Source: Acidimicrobiia bacterium (GTDB taxonomy: Bacteria > Actinomycetota > Acidimicrobiia > Acidimicrobiales > Aldehydirespiratoraceae). Taken from it: a stretch of 64,000 nt of DNA. Under the pieces are notes generated by a model. The model had not been told where the DNA came from, did not search any database, and saw nothing but the letters and a program-made list of their open reading frames with translations. The DNA lies in the NCBI GenBank assembly GCA_003231645.1, contig QIIW01000108.1:2443-66442 (forward strand), written 5' to 3'. The position numbers and the translations under genes were made by a program. This document shows positions 48,066-56,827 of the stretch, piece after piece (the stretch's first letter is position 1; each line of letters starts with the position of its first letter).

Positions 48066-48947
48066 ATGGCAGTGTCCCAACCGACACCCGTCGAGACCAG
48101 GCCCGGGCGACCTCTCGGCCCACGGATCTGGAGATGGGTGATCGCGGTCGTGATCCTGGTGGCGGCTGCTTGGTCGGTCACCGGCCTCAATGTCAGCGTC
48201 GATCGCCTGCTGAACGCCTCGGGCGACGCCTGGAACGTCATCAAACGCATGTGGCCACCGGCTTTCTCGATCGAGATCAAGCGAGGTGTGATCGGCAAAG
48301 TCCTCCAGTCGATCTACATCGCCTGGGTCGGCACGGTGATCGGAGCGATCCTGTCCCTGCCCCTGTCGTTCCTCGCCGCCGGCAACGTCTCACCTCGCCT
48401 GATTCGACTTCCGATCCGGCAGGTGTTCAACGCCATTCGTTCCGTGCCCGAGTTGATCGTGGCCGTGATCCTCATCGCGGTCACCGGCCTCGGACCGTGG
48501 GCCGGTGCCCTCGCCATCGGACTGCATTCGATCGGCACCCTCGGGAAGTTGTCGAGCGAAGCGATCGAGAACATCGACGCCGGGCCGATCGAGGCGGTGG
48601 ATGCCGCGGGCGGCAGATGGATTTCCGCCATGCGATGGGCGGTACTCCCCCAAGTGCTGCCGGTGGTGGTGTCCTACTGGTTGTTCCGCTTTGAGATCAA
48701 CGTGAGAGCATCGGCGGTACTCGGGCTGATCGGGGCCGGGGGCATCGGCTCGGAACTGGTCTCTCAGCTCAACTTCCGGAACTTCCCCGAGGTTGGTGCG
48801 GTTCTCTTCGTCACGATCGTCGCCGTGATCACCATTGACCTGCTCTCGTCGGCTCTGCGCCGCGCCATCATCCAGGGTGGCGCCGGCCCGGACCAGTCGA
48901 GGTCGGGTGAGGCACTCGAGGATCTCACCGGAATGTCGCTCGCCTGA
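48066..48947 (+). CDS. phnE: Phosphonate ABC transporter permease (second)
   Basis: RSVPEL, GKLSSEAIE, FEINVRASAVLGLIGAGGIG. Confidence 0.9.
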   Translation: MAVSQPTPVETRPGRPLGPRIWRWVIAVVILVAAAWSVTGLNVSVDRLLNASGDAWNVIKRMWPPAFSIEIKRGVIGKVLQSIYIAWVGTVIGAILSLPLSFLAAGNVSPRLIRLPIRQVFNAIRSVPELIVAVILIAVTGLGPWAGALAIGLHSIGTLGKLSSEAIENIDAGPIEAVDAAGGRWISAMRWAVLPQVLPVVVSYWLFRFEINVRASAVLGLIGAGGIGSELVSQLNFRNFPEVGAVLFVTIVAVITIDLLSSALRRAIIQGGAGPDQSRSGEALEDLTGMSLA

Positions 48948-48975
48948 CCCGACGGGAGATCTCCGGTCCGGCCGG

Positions 48976-50022
48976 TCAACTCTGGGGTGGTGGCCCGGGA
49001 ATCACGTGGCCGATACCCTCCACCCACCTCGAGTTGGGCGGGGGCGGCCGCGAATCGTCGGGATCGAGCACCCATCCGTGCCCGTCCACCCAATTGGGGG
49101 CCGGCCGCTTCACCGGAGCCGGCTCCCCCGTCCATGCCGGGAGGTCGACAGAATCCGGGGCACTGGCGCGAGTGGGGAGAACCGGTCGTGGAGGAGGAAG
49201 CGGTGCCGCCACCGCCGGGGCGCGCTCGGAGCGATCGGGCCAGGCGAAGGCGGCAACAAGCAGGCCTCCGCCCACCATGGCCAGGATGATCGATGGGGTC
49301 AGGGTCGACCTCAACAGGGCGGTGAGAAGTGCCGCGATTACCTTGGCCTGAGCCGGGGCGAAACGGCGAAGGAGTCCCGGAATCGCCAGTCCGATGGTCA
49401 GATATACCGCGGTGGTGCCGATCGCCCAACCGGCCGCCCGCTTCAACACCGACGGTCGATCACTGGTGGCCAACAGAGCGATGAGTACGCCCACCAGGGA
49501 GATTGCCGCCAGAATCGGCACCACCTTGGTGAGGAAGTCGCGAACCGGCCGGGCATTGGGGATCTGATCGGTGGGTAACGTGACCACGAGGGGCTCGGCC
49601 GCAGGAAGCCTCTCATCGAGGCCGGGAACCGCCGATACGAGTTGCTCTCTCACCATTGCTGCCACCGGGCTGAGATCGAGGGTGCGGGGGGCGTCGCCCT
49701 CGCCGAGGAACGCCCGGTGAGTCGCGCTGAACGCCTGGATGACCAGATTCTCGACCCTGGGGTCGGCGAGTATCCGCTGCGCCACCGCCGCCACTTCGGG
49801 CCGGCTGATCGACACCCCGTCAGGCAATGCGGCCGTCAGCGCGGTGCCGATGTTGTCGGCGAGTTGGGAGCGAACCTCCTCGTTGTCGAGCAGTTCTTGG
49901 GCAATCGTGGCGGAACGACTGCTGTCGAAGACCGTCCTCAAGGCGATGAAACCCGACCATGCGAACGAACCGATGAGGAGGGCGGGCCCCAGGAAGAGAC
50001 CGGCGATTACGCGTCGGAACAT
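48976..50022 (-). CDS. Hypothetical membrane protein with Pro-rich C-terminal tail
   Basis: N-terminal TM, extracytoplasmic helical region, 3 TM, tail with repeated WVDG/WVEG motif. Confidence 0.75.
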   Translation of the reverse strand: MFRRVIAGLFLGPALLIGSFAWSGFIALRTVFDSSRSATIAQELLDNEEVRSQLADNIGTALTAALPDGVSISRPEVAAVAQRILADPRVENLVIQAFSATHRAFLGEGDAPRTLDLSPVAAMVREQLVSAVPGLDERLPAAEPLVVTLPTDQIPNARPVRDFLTKVVPILAAISLVGVLIALLATSDRPSVLKRAAGWAIGTTAVYLTIGLAIPGLLRRFAPAQAKVIAALLTALLRSTLTPSIILAMVGGGLLVAAFAWPDRSERAPAVAAPLPPPRPVLPTRASAPDSVDLPAWTGEPAPVKRPAPNWVDGHGWVLDPDDSRPPPPNSRWVEGIGHVIPGPPPQS

Positions 50023-50357
50023 GGGGGGTCATGTTGGCACGCCGCGGCCGACGCGCCGCATCGGGAGGCCCGCGCCGCATCGGCCAGGACCAGCAAATCG
50101 AGACCTTCGATGTCGTCGAGCACCCATCCGATCTCACGCGGCAACCGCCCGAACGGCACGCGACCGTCCTCGGAGGCCCCGACGTCGGCGACCTCGATCC
50201 CGACCAGGTCGGCGAACTCGTGCCTGGCCATGCCCAGATGACCCCGAGCGACCAGAGCGACAGCCCCGGCCACCGGATGGGCGGCGCCGGCCCGTTCGAG
50301 CCGCAGGGCCAGGCGCTCACACATGGCCGTGGCATCGCCACGCCGGCCGGAGCTCAT
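50007..50357 (-). CDS. Small XRE-like helix-turn-helix protein
   Basis: ARGHLGMARHEFADLVGIEVADVGASEDG resembles an XRE HTH; ATGA-coupled to the upstream gene. Confidence 0.55.
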   Translation of the reverse strand: MSSGRRGDATAMCERLALRLERAGAAHPVAGAVALVARGHLGMARHEFADLVGIEVADVGASEDGRVPFGRLPREIGWVLDDIEGLDLLVLADAARASRCGASAAACQHDPPCSDA

Positions 50358-51046
50358 GCCGCGAACCATCCGAACTGTCGAAGCGGCTCGAATCGGTCGT
50401 CGGATTCGATCAGTGCGACCACCTTGGCCTTCTGTCTGACGAAAATCTGCCTGACGTTGCCGGGCTCCACACCGAACATCCGTGCCACGGTGACTGCCGG
50501 GGAAGGGTCCCCGAGCGCCTTCTGGACGCCGTATTGCCAGCAGATCTGCTGGCTGCGCTCACACCCCACCGAGCGAATGGCCCGATCGAGCAGCCGAGCC
50601 CGTGGGTCGACCTGTATCAGATCGACGATGTCGTCGCCGGTCAGGTCGGCGTCCCGCGCCAGGAGGCCGCTCACCTCACCGTCGGCACCCGCGGCATCGC
50701 CGACCGGCAAGCCATGGTCGTATGCCTCCTCGAAGGAGACCGGACGGTGCCCGATCCCGGCGGCCACTCGACTCCGGATCGCCGCCCGGGCCCACTTCCA
50801 GGGCCTCGCACCATCAGCCCGCCAGCCGGAGGCCCGACTGTAGATCACCTCACACGCGTCGATCACCAGGCCGTCGATCTCGTCGTCATCGCGCAGGATG
50901 TCGAGCCGGCCCATCCCGCGCACCATATCGCGTACGATCCAAGTGATCTTCGGTCCGAATCGTTCGTGGAAGGTGAACAGGAACGCCGCATCGCCGCCCG
51001 CCATGCCCTCCATGCATCTGCAGAGTTCATCATCGTCGGTATCCAT
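50354..51046 (-). CDS. Divergent sigma-70/ECF-like protein
   Basis: Region 2-like MAGGDAAFLFTFHERFGPKI...DGLVIDACEVIY...PWKWARAAIR; region 4-like VARMFGVEPGNVRQIFVRQKAKV. Confidence 0.6.
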   Translation of the reverse strand: MDTDDDELCRCMEGMAGGDAAFLFTFHERFGPKITWIVRDMVRGMGRLDILRDDDEIDGLVIDACEVIYSRASGWRADGARPWKWARAAIRSRVAAGIGHRPVSFEEAYDHGLPVGDAAGADGEVSGLLARDADLTGDDIVDLIQVDPRARLLDRAIRSVGCERSQQICWQYGVQKALGDPSPAVTVARMFGVEPGNVRQIFVRQKAKVVALIESDDRFEPLRQFGWFAA

Positions 51047-51097
51047 CTCGTCCTCACTGTCGGGGAAGCCCGTGACACCGTTCGGGTCACGGTCGAG

Positions 51098-51119
51098 ATG
51101 ATGACGACGGGGTCTGACA
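51098..51119 (-). promoter_or_regulatory. RecA-NDp/PafBC-like promoter motif
   Basis: Minus strand TGTCAG-accccgtcgt-CATCAT (TGTCRG-N10 then a -10 with CA for TA), about 50 bp upstream of the sigma-like gene. Confidence 0.5.
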
Positions 51120-51153
51120 TTCTCACGCGACGGCCATCAGACGAGGCTCGGGA

Positions 51154-51528
51154 TCACCGGCCGAAGAGCGACCTCAGAAGGCTCTTGCGAGGCGGTTTCT
51201 CGGCATCAGCCAGGGCTTGGTAGAGACCCGCCGCCGGCACCGCGCCGCTGAAACGCGAGCGGAACTCACCCTGGTGGAACGTGATGATCGTGGGCATCGA
51301 CTTGATACCGAAGCGTTGGACCAGCTCCGTCTCACGATCGACGTCGACCTTGGCGATCAGCACATCGTCGGGCGATTCCCTGGCCACCCGCTCGAGGTCG
51401 GGAGCCATCGACCGGCACGGTCCGCACCACGTCGCCCAGAAATCGACCAGCGCTATGCGGTGCGACGCGATCGCTTCATCGAAGGTGGCGGTCGTGAGCG
51501 AGACCGAGTCGTGCTTGTGTTTGCCCAT
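51154..51528 (-). CDS. trxA: Thioredoxin
   Basis: VDFWATWCGPCR, KVDVD, SMPT. Confidence 0.92.
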   Translation of the reverse strand: MGKHKHDSVSLTTATFDEAIASHRIALVDFWATWCGPCRSMAPDLERVARESPDDVLIAKVDVDRETELVQRFGIKSMPTIITFHQGEFRSRFSGAVPAAGLYQALADAEKPPRKSLLRSLFGR

Positions 51529-51597
51529 CGTCACCGCAACCCCCGAGCCGGCCCCGCAATTCCGTTGATCGTCGCCGGGTCGACGCCATGAACGTTT

Positions 51598-52068
51598 TCA
51601 GCCCTCGAGTTCGGTCTTGATCGCTTCGAGCGTCCGTTCCATTCCCACCTGAATCGTGTCGGGGCGATTGAGCACCCTTTCGTAGAGAAACCCTTGGAAT
51701 CCCTTTCCCGGGGGGTAGCTCACGGACTCGGTCACCCTGGTGGCTCCGTCACCCACCGGCTCCATCTCGTATCGCCAGGTCGTGAACTCCTCGGCGATGA
51801 ACTCGAACACCCGACCCGGCTCGGACGCCGTGACCACCGATGTCGTGGTCCAGCGCTTGGCGGTGATCGGTCCGAACCTGACGACATTGTCGCCGCTGAA
51901 CCTGGCACCGACCTCGGGGCCGTCGGACCCGTCGACCCATCGACACGCCACACACTCGGGGCTCCTGTCACCGATCCTGGTGATGTCGGTGACAGCCGCG
52001 AACACCTCGCCGGGTGACGCTTTGATGGTGGCCGTCGCCGCTCGTTCGATCCTGTCGTTCTTGCTCAT
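51598..52068 (-). CDS. SRPBCC family protein
   Basis: VFAAVTDITRIGDRSPEC, VGARFSGDN, PGRVFEF, WRYEMEP. Confidence 0.9.
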   Translation of the reverse strand: MSKNDRIERAATATIKASPGEVFAAVTDITRIGDRSPECVACRWVDGSDGPEVGARFSGDNVVRFGPITAKRWTTTSVVTASEPGRVFEFIAEEFTTWRYEMEPVGDGATRVTESVSYPPGKGFQGFLYERVLNRPDTIQVGMERTLEAIKTELEG

Positions 52069-52145
52069 CGCTGACTCCGTTCCGATCCGGCGGTGAGTCT
52101 GACACTCCTCGACCGACAAAAGTGCGCCGGGACGAATAGCGTCGG

Positions 52146-53138
52146 GTGGTGACCCCGCCCCTGCACTCTCCCGCCGTAGTCGAGTTCACACGGGCCGAGA
52201 GAATCGAGAGCGCTCACATCGTCGACATCGTCGTCACCGATCGCGGAGGTTCGTTCGAATCGTGGGGTGATCCCGACCGGCTCGTGATCCCCCGATCAGC
52301 CATCAAGTCCTTGCAGGCGCTGCCCCTGATCAGCACCGGCGCGGCCGACGCCTTCGACGTGAGCGACAACGAACTGGCGTTGGCCTGCGCCAGCCACAGC
52401 GCCGAGGCCGACCACGTGTCCATGGTGGCAGCCTGGCTGGAGAGAATCGGACGTTCCGAGTCCGATCTCGAATGCGGAAGCGATCGCCCGATCGACGCGT
52501 CGGCCGCGGCCGACGCCCTTCTCTCCGGCGGACCCACCGCCCCGATCTTCAACTGCTGCTCGGGAAAGCACACGGGCTTTCTCACCGTGGCACAGCACCT
52601 CGGCCATCGCAGTACCGGCTACATCGAACGCCGTCACCCTGTGCAGCAACTCGTCGAACACGCCCTGTCGACGATGACCGGCATCGACCTGCACGACCAC
52701 ACCAGCGGGATCGACGGATGCGGTATCCCGGTTTTCGCCATCCCCCTCCGGCTGCTCGCCCTGGCCATGGCCCGCCTCGTCGATCCGGTCGACCTTCCCG
52801 ACGATACGGCGGCAGCCTGTCGCCGACTGGTCGACGTGTTGCCGTCACGCAGCCACCTGGTGTCGGGTTCCGGACGCGCCGAGGAACGGCTGGCCGCGGC
52901 GGTCGACACGCCGTTGATAGCCAAGAGTGGGGCCGAGGGCGTGTTGATGGCCGCCCTCCCCGAACGAGGCCTGGGCGTGGCACTCAAGGCACGCGACGGC
53001 GCGTCGAGGGCCGCCAAGCAGGCCATCTGGGGGGTGCTCGACCGCCTCGGTGCCCTCTCGGAACCGCCGGTCGATCAACCGCTCGTGAACAAGGCCGGCC
53101 GCCAGGTCGGAGTAGGCCGAACGGTGCTTCCACGATGA
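52146..53138 (+). CDS. L-asparaginase II (Rhizobium AnsA type)
   Basis: PRSAIKSLQA, ACASHS, CSGKH, DGCGIP, KSGAEG. Confidence 0.9.
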   Translation: MVTPPLHSPAVVEFTRAERIESAHIVDIVVTDRGGSFESWGDPDRLVIPRSAIKSLQALPLISTGAADAFDVSDNELALACASHSAEADHVSMVAAWLERIGRSESDLECGSDRPIDASAAADALLSGGPTAPIFNCCSGKHTGFLTVAQHLGHRSTGYIERRHPVQQLVEHALSTMTGIDLHDHTSGIDGCGIPVFAIPLRLLALAMARLVDPVDLPDDTAAACRRLVDVLPSRSHLVSGSGRAEERLAAAVDTPLIAKSGAEGVLMAALPERGLGVALKARDGASRAAKQAIWGVLDRLGALSEPPVDQPLVNKAGRQVGVGRTVLPR

Positions 53139-53719
53139 CCGACCTGTTGCTGGTTCGCCACGGCGAAACCGAGTGGAGCAGCAGCGGCCGCCACACCGGA
53201 CGTACCGATGTCCCCCTCACCGCGGTGGGGCGACATCAGGCCGACCAGATCGCAGCCAAGCTCCGCGGTCGGAAGATCGCGGCCGTGTGGTCGAGTCCAC
53301 TGCAGCGGGCACTCGAAACCTGCCGACGGGCGCTGCCGGGCCGCGAGCCCACCGTCAACGATGACCTCGTCGAGTGGGACTACGGCGACTACGAGGGCAT
53401 CACCACGGCCGAGGTTCGCCGCAACATCGTCGGTTGGACGGTCTGGACCCACCCGATCACGGGGGGTGAGTCGATCGGGCAGGTCGGCGAACGAGCCGAT
53501 TCGGTGATATCGCGGGCGCTCGAGGTCGACGGCAATGTCAGCCTGTTCGCGCACGGCCAGTTCCTTCGCATCCTTGCCGCCCGCTGGATCGGACTGTCAG
53601 CCGATGCGGGACGCTTGTTGGCTCTCGACACGGCCACCGTGTCGACCCTCGGGTTCGAGCGCGAAACCCGCGTGATCCGCTACTGGAACGAGAGCTGCCA
53701 CCTCCGCGTCGTCAGGTGA
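53135..53719 (+). CDS. Histidine phosphatase family protein
   Basis: LVRHGETEWS..GRHTGRTD, EWDYGDYEG, FAHG. Confidence 0.92.
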   Translation: MTDLLLVRHGETEWSSSGRHTGRTDVPLTAVGRHQADQIAAKLRGRKIAAVWSSPLQRALETCRRALPGREPTVNDDLVEWDYGDYEGITTAEVRRNIVGWTVWTHPITGGESIGQVGERADSVISRALEVDGNVSLFAHGQFLRILAARWIGLSADAGRLLALDTATVSTLGFERETRVIRYWNESCHLRVVR

Positions 53720-53782
53720 CACGACGATCCGGTATCGACTCGGCGACCGGCTGAGCGGCCTTCGTTCTCATCGGGTCGACTT

Positions 53783-53804
53783 GGCGTATCACCGGTGATA
53801 CGCC
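53783..53804. promoter_or_regulatory. Perfect 22-bp palindrome (putative TA autoregulatory operator)
   Basis: ggcgtatcaccggtgatacgcc, ending 7 bp before the antitoxin ATG. Confidence 0.75.
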
Positions 53805-53811
53805 TCCTGAC

Positions 53812-54034
53812 ATGGTCGAAGTCAGCATCCGTGATCTACCCAACCACGGCGGCGAGGTGATCAACCGCGTGCAGGCCGGCGAGCATCTCGGGGTCACCCG
53901 ATCGGGTACCCCGTAGCGGAACTCCGACCGATTTCCCGTAGCGGCCCCAGCCCCTCCACACGACCAACCCCGGAGTCTTCGCCGGTATGTCCGGCCTCGA
54001 ACTCGTGCCGATCATCCACCCCGATGCCTGCTGA
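53812..54034 (+). pseudogene. Decayed Phd/YefM antitoxin plus VapC (PIN) toxin remnant
   Basis: MVEVSIRDLPNHGGEVINRVQAGEHLGVTRSGTP, frameshift to VAELRP, then PLHTTNPGVFAGMSGLELVPIIHPD resembling a PIN C-terminus. Confidence 0.8.
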
Positions 54035-54111
54035 GCGGCTGCGTCACGGAAGGTCGGTGCGGCCGCCGCGCCGGCCGTAGGGTTCGGGCGGCGGGCAAGC
54101 GGTTACGATCG

Positions 54112-55344
54112 TTGATCGTGCACATTCATCTCGACGCGATCGGCGGGATTGCCGGCGACATGTTCGTCGCCGCGATGATCGATGCCCGGCCCGAGCACGA
54201 GCATGACGTCGCTGCCGCCCTGAGCCGACTTCCGGGTCTGGCGGGGGTCACCGCCGATCTCGCCGAGATCAACGACGGAATCCTGACCGGCCGCCGCTTC
54301 GTCGTGGAACGCGACCACCGGCACGACCCCGGCGATCCCGACGCTCACCCTTCCCACGACCACGCTTCGCACGACCACACGACGTTCAGCGACATCCGGC
54401 AGATGCTGTCGTCCTCGATGCTGGCGGAACCGGTGCGTGATCACGCCATCGCCATCTTCGCCTTGCTGGCCGAAGCGGAGGGAACGGTACACGGTCGCCG
54501 CCCCGAGGATGTGACCTTCCACGAGGTCGGCGCCTGGGACTCGATCGTCGACATCGTGAGCGCGGCCGTTCTCATCGACCTGTGCGGCGACGCCACCTGG
54601 TCGGTTTCTCCGCTCCCGCTGGGATCGGGCCGGATCGACACCGCCCACGGAGTCCTGCCGATTCCGGCGCCGGCCACCACGCTGCTTCTCGAAGGATTCC
54701 CCGTGATCGATGACGGAGTCGGCGGAGAGCGGGTCACGCCAACCGGCGCCGCGATCGTGCGACACCTCGATCCGGCGCATGCGCCACCGTCGACCCCGAT
54801 GGCCATCACCCACTCCGGGCATGGCTTCGGCACGATGAACCTGCCCGGGATGTCGAACGTGCTTCGCGTACTCGTCTTCGAACCGGCCGGTCAGAGCGAT
54901 CGCAACCTGGTCGCGGTGATCCGATTCGAAGTCGATGATCAGAACCCCGAGGATCTCGCGGTCGGACTCGAGCACCTTCGCGATCGGGATGATGTTCTCG
55001 ATGTCACCCAAGCACCGGTCCTTGGGAAGAAGGGCCGGATGGCCAGCCATGTTCAGGTGCTGGCCGAACCAGGGTCCCTCGATCCGGTGATCGAGGCGTG
55101 TTTTGGCGAGACCACGACCATCGGCGTCCGCTTCGCCCATGAGAGTCGGGTCGTTCTCGAACGGCGGGTCGATCGCCGAGATGCCCTCGGCGTATCCGTT
55201 GGTGTGAAGACGGTGCTCCGGCCCGGCGGGCCGGACGTCAAGGCCGAGATGGACGACATCGCCGAGGCGGGGGACCGTGAGGCCCGGGACCGCCGTCGCG
55301 GTCGGGCCGAGTCCGCCGACCCACCACGCCACCGACATGGCTGA
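54112..55344 (+). CDS. larC: Nickel pincer cofactor nickel-insertion protein LarC
   Basis: GIAGDMFVAA, His-rich linker, FHEVGAWDSIVDI, HGVLPIPAPAT, TPTGAA, FEVDDQNPE, GKKGR, ETTTIGVR. Confidence 0.93.
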   Translation: MIVHIHLDAIGGIAGDMFVAAMIDARPEHEHDVAAALSRLPGLAGVTADLAEINDGILTGRRFVVERDHRHDPGDPDAHPSHDHASHDHTTFSDIRQMLSSSMLAEPVRDHAIAIFALLAEAEGTVHGRRPEDVTFHEVGAWDSIVDIVSAAVLIDLCGDATWSVSPLPLGSGRIDTAHGVLPIPAPATTLLLEGFPVIDDGVGGERVTPTGAAIVRHLDPAHAPPSTPMAITHSGHGFGTMNLPGMSNVLRVLVFEPAGQSDRNLVAVIRFEVDDQNPEDLAVGLEHLRDRDDVLDVTQAPVLGKKGRMASHVQVLAEPGSLDPVIEACFGETTTIGVRFAHESRVVLERRVDRRDALGVSVGVKTVLRPGGPDVKAEMDDIAEAGDREARDRRRGRAESADPPRHRHG

Positions 55345-56149
55345 GCCGCAGGCCCTGTTCGACGAACTGGCCGGCGTGCTCACCGGCCTCGGCCCGACCG
55401 CGGTCGCAGTCAGTGGGGGCGTCGACAGTGTGACGCTGGCGGTGGCCGCCCACCGCCTCGCCTCACGATCCACCGAGATGTTCCACGCCGTGTCTCCGGC
55501 CGTTCCCGAGGTCGCGACGGACCGTGTTCGTGCCGTGGCACGAACCGAGGGCTGGAAACTCCGGATCATCGATGCCGACGAGTTCAGTGATGCCGACTAC
55601 ATGTCGAATCCGGTCGATCGTTGCTTCTACTGCAAACATGACCTCTACAGAACGATCGCCGATCACACGTCGTCGCTCATCGTCTCGGGCACCAACCTCG
55701 ATGATCTGGCCGACTATCGGCCCGGTCTCGCCGCCGCCGAGAAGGCGGGCGTGCGGCATCCCTTCGTCGAGGCCGGCATCGACAAGCCCGGCATCAGGAA
55801 TCTCGCCGCTCATCTCGGTCTCGGCGACCTGGCCGAACTCCCCGCTGCTCCGTGCCTGTCCAGTCGGGTCGAAACCGGCCTGCCCATCCGAGCCGACTGG
55901 CTGGGCGTGATCGAGACCGTCGAGCGTGGCATCACCGGCGAATTGGAACCCGGTACGGTGCGTTGTCGGGCCCGTGCCGGCCACATCGCCATAGAACTCG
56001 ATCCGGATTCCATACGACAAATGTCGAAGCGAACGCGGAAGCGGCTCCTTTCATCGGTGGCCGGCGCGTGGTCGGCGATCGGCGTTGACCTCCCGGTCAC
56101 CATCGAGCCATACACGATGGGAAGCGCGTTCCTGCGGGTCACGTCGTGA
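55337..56149 (+). CDS. larE: ATP-dependent sulfur transferase LarE
   Basis: SGGVDS PP-loop, NPVDRCFYCK, GTNLDDLADYRPG, PAAPCLSSR. Confidence 0.9.
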   Translation: MAEPQALFDELAGVLTGLGPTAVAVSGGVDSVTLAVAAHRLASRSTEMFHAVSPAVPEVATDRVRAVARTEGWKLRIIDADEFSDADYMSNPVDRCFYCKHDLYRTIADHTSSLIVSGTNLDDLADYRPGLAAAEKAGVRHPFVEAGIDKPGIRNLAAHLGLGDLAELPAAPCLSSRVETGLPIRADWLGVIETVERGITGELEPGTVRCRARAGHIAIELDPDSIRQMSKRTRKRLLSSVAGAWSAIGVDLPVTIEPYTMGSAFLRVTS

Positions 56150-56802
56150 CCGACGATGTCCATCTCGATCTGAGTCGCCAGGATCGTATCGGTGTCCGCG
56201 AAGCCTTATTGGCCGGACCCAAGTCGGTCGACCAGCTCGTCACGGTGCTGGATCAGGCCGACGCCGCCGGCCAAGCGATGTTGATCACACGGCTCGAACC
56301 ACCCCAACTCGCTTCCCTGCCGGGGTCGCTTCGCTCGCGGATCGACTACGACGCGTCGTCGCGAACCGGCTTCTTCGGTGATGTCGGTGAGCCGGAGGGC
56401 GAGCCGGAGGTCGCGGTGGTGTGCGCCGGAACCGCCGACCGGCCGGTAGCAGCGGAAGCAGAACGCACACTTGCCTTCTCGTGCGTCCCGTGCCTGTCGG
56501 TGAACGACATCGGTGTGGCCGGGCTCTGGCGCCTGATGGAACGAATCGAGGATCTCCGGCCCATGAAAGCCGTGATGGTGGTGGCGGGCATGGACGGCGC
56601 CCTTCCCACCGTCGTCGCCGGCCTGCTTCCCGGAGTGATCATCGCCGTGCCCACCTCGATCGGGTACGGAGTCGCGGCCGCCGGCCACACCGCCCTCAAC
56701 AGCGCGCTGGCGAGTTGCGCACCGGGTCTCGTCGTCGTCAACATCGACAACGGTTACGGCGCGGCGGTGGCAGCCCAACGGGTGCTTTCCGCCGGGAGAT
56801 GA
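56146..56802 (+). CDS. larB: Nickel pincer cofactor biosynthesis protein LarB
   Basis: AGTAD.PVA.EA, DIGVAGLWRL, AGMDGALP, AVPTSIGYG, VVNIDNGYGAA. Confidence 0.93.
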   Translation: MTDDVHLDLSRQDRIGVREALLAGPKSVDQLVTVLDQADAAGQAMLITRLEPPQLASLPGSLRSRIDYDASSRTGFFGDVGEPEGEPEVAVVCAGTADRPVAAEAERTLAFSCVPCLSVNDIGVAGLWRLMERIEDLRPMKAVMVVAGMDGALPTVVAGLLPGVIIAVPTSIGYGVAAAGHTALNSALASCAPGLVVVNIDNGYGAAVAAQRVLSAGR

Positions 56803-56827
56803 GGCCCGCCGGCCGGCCAGCTTCGTA

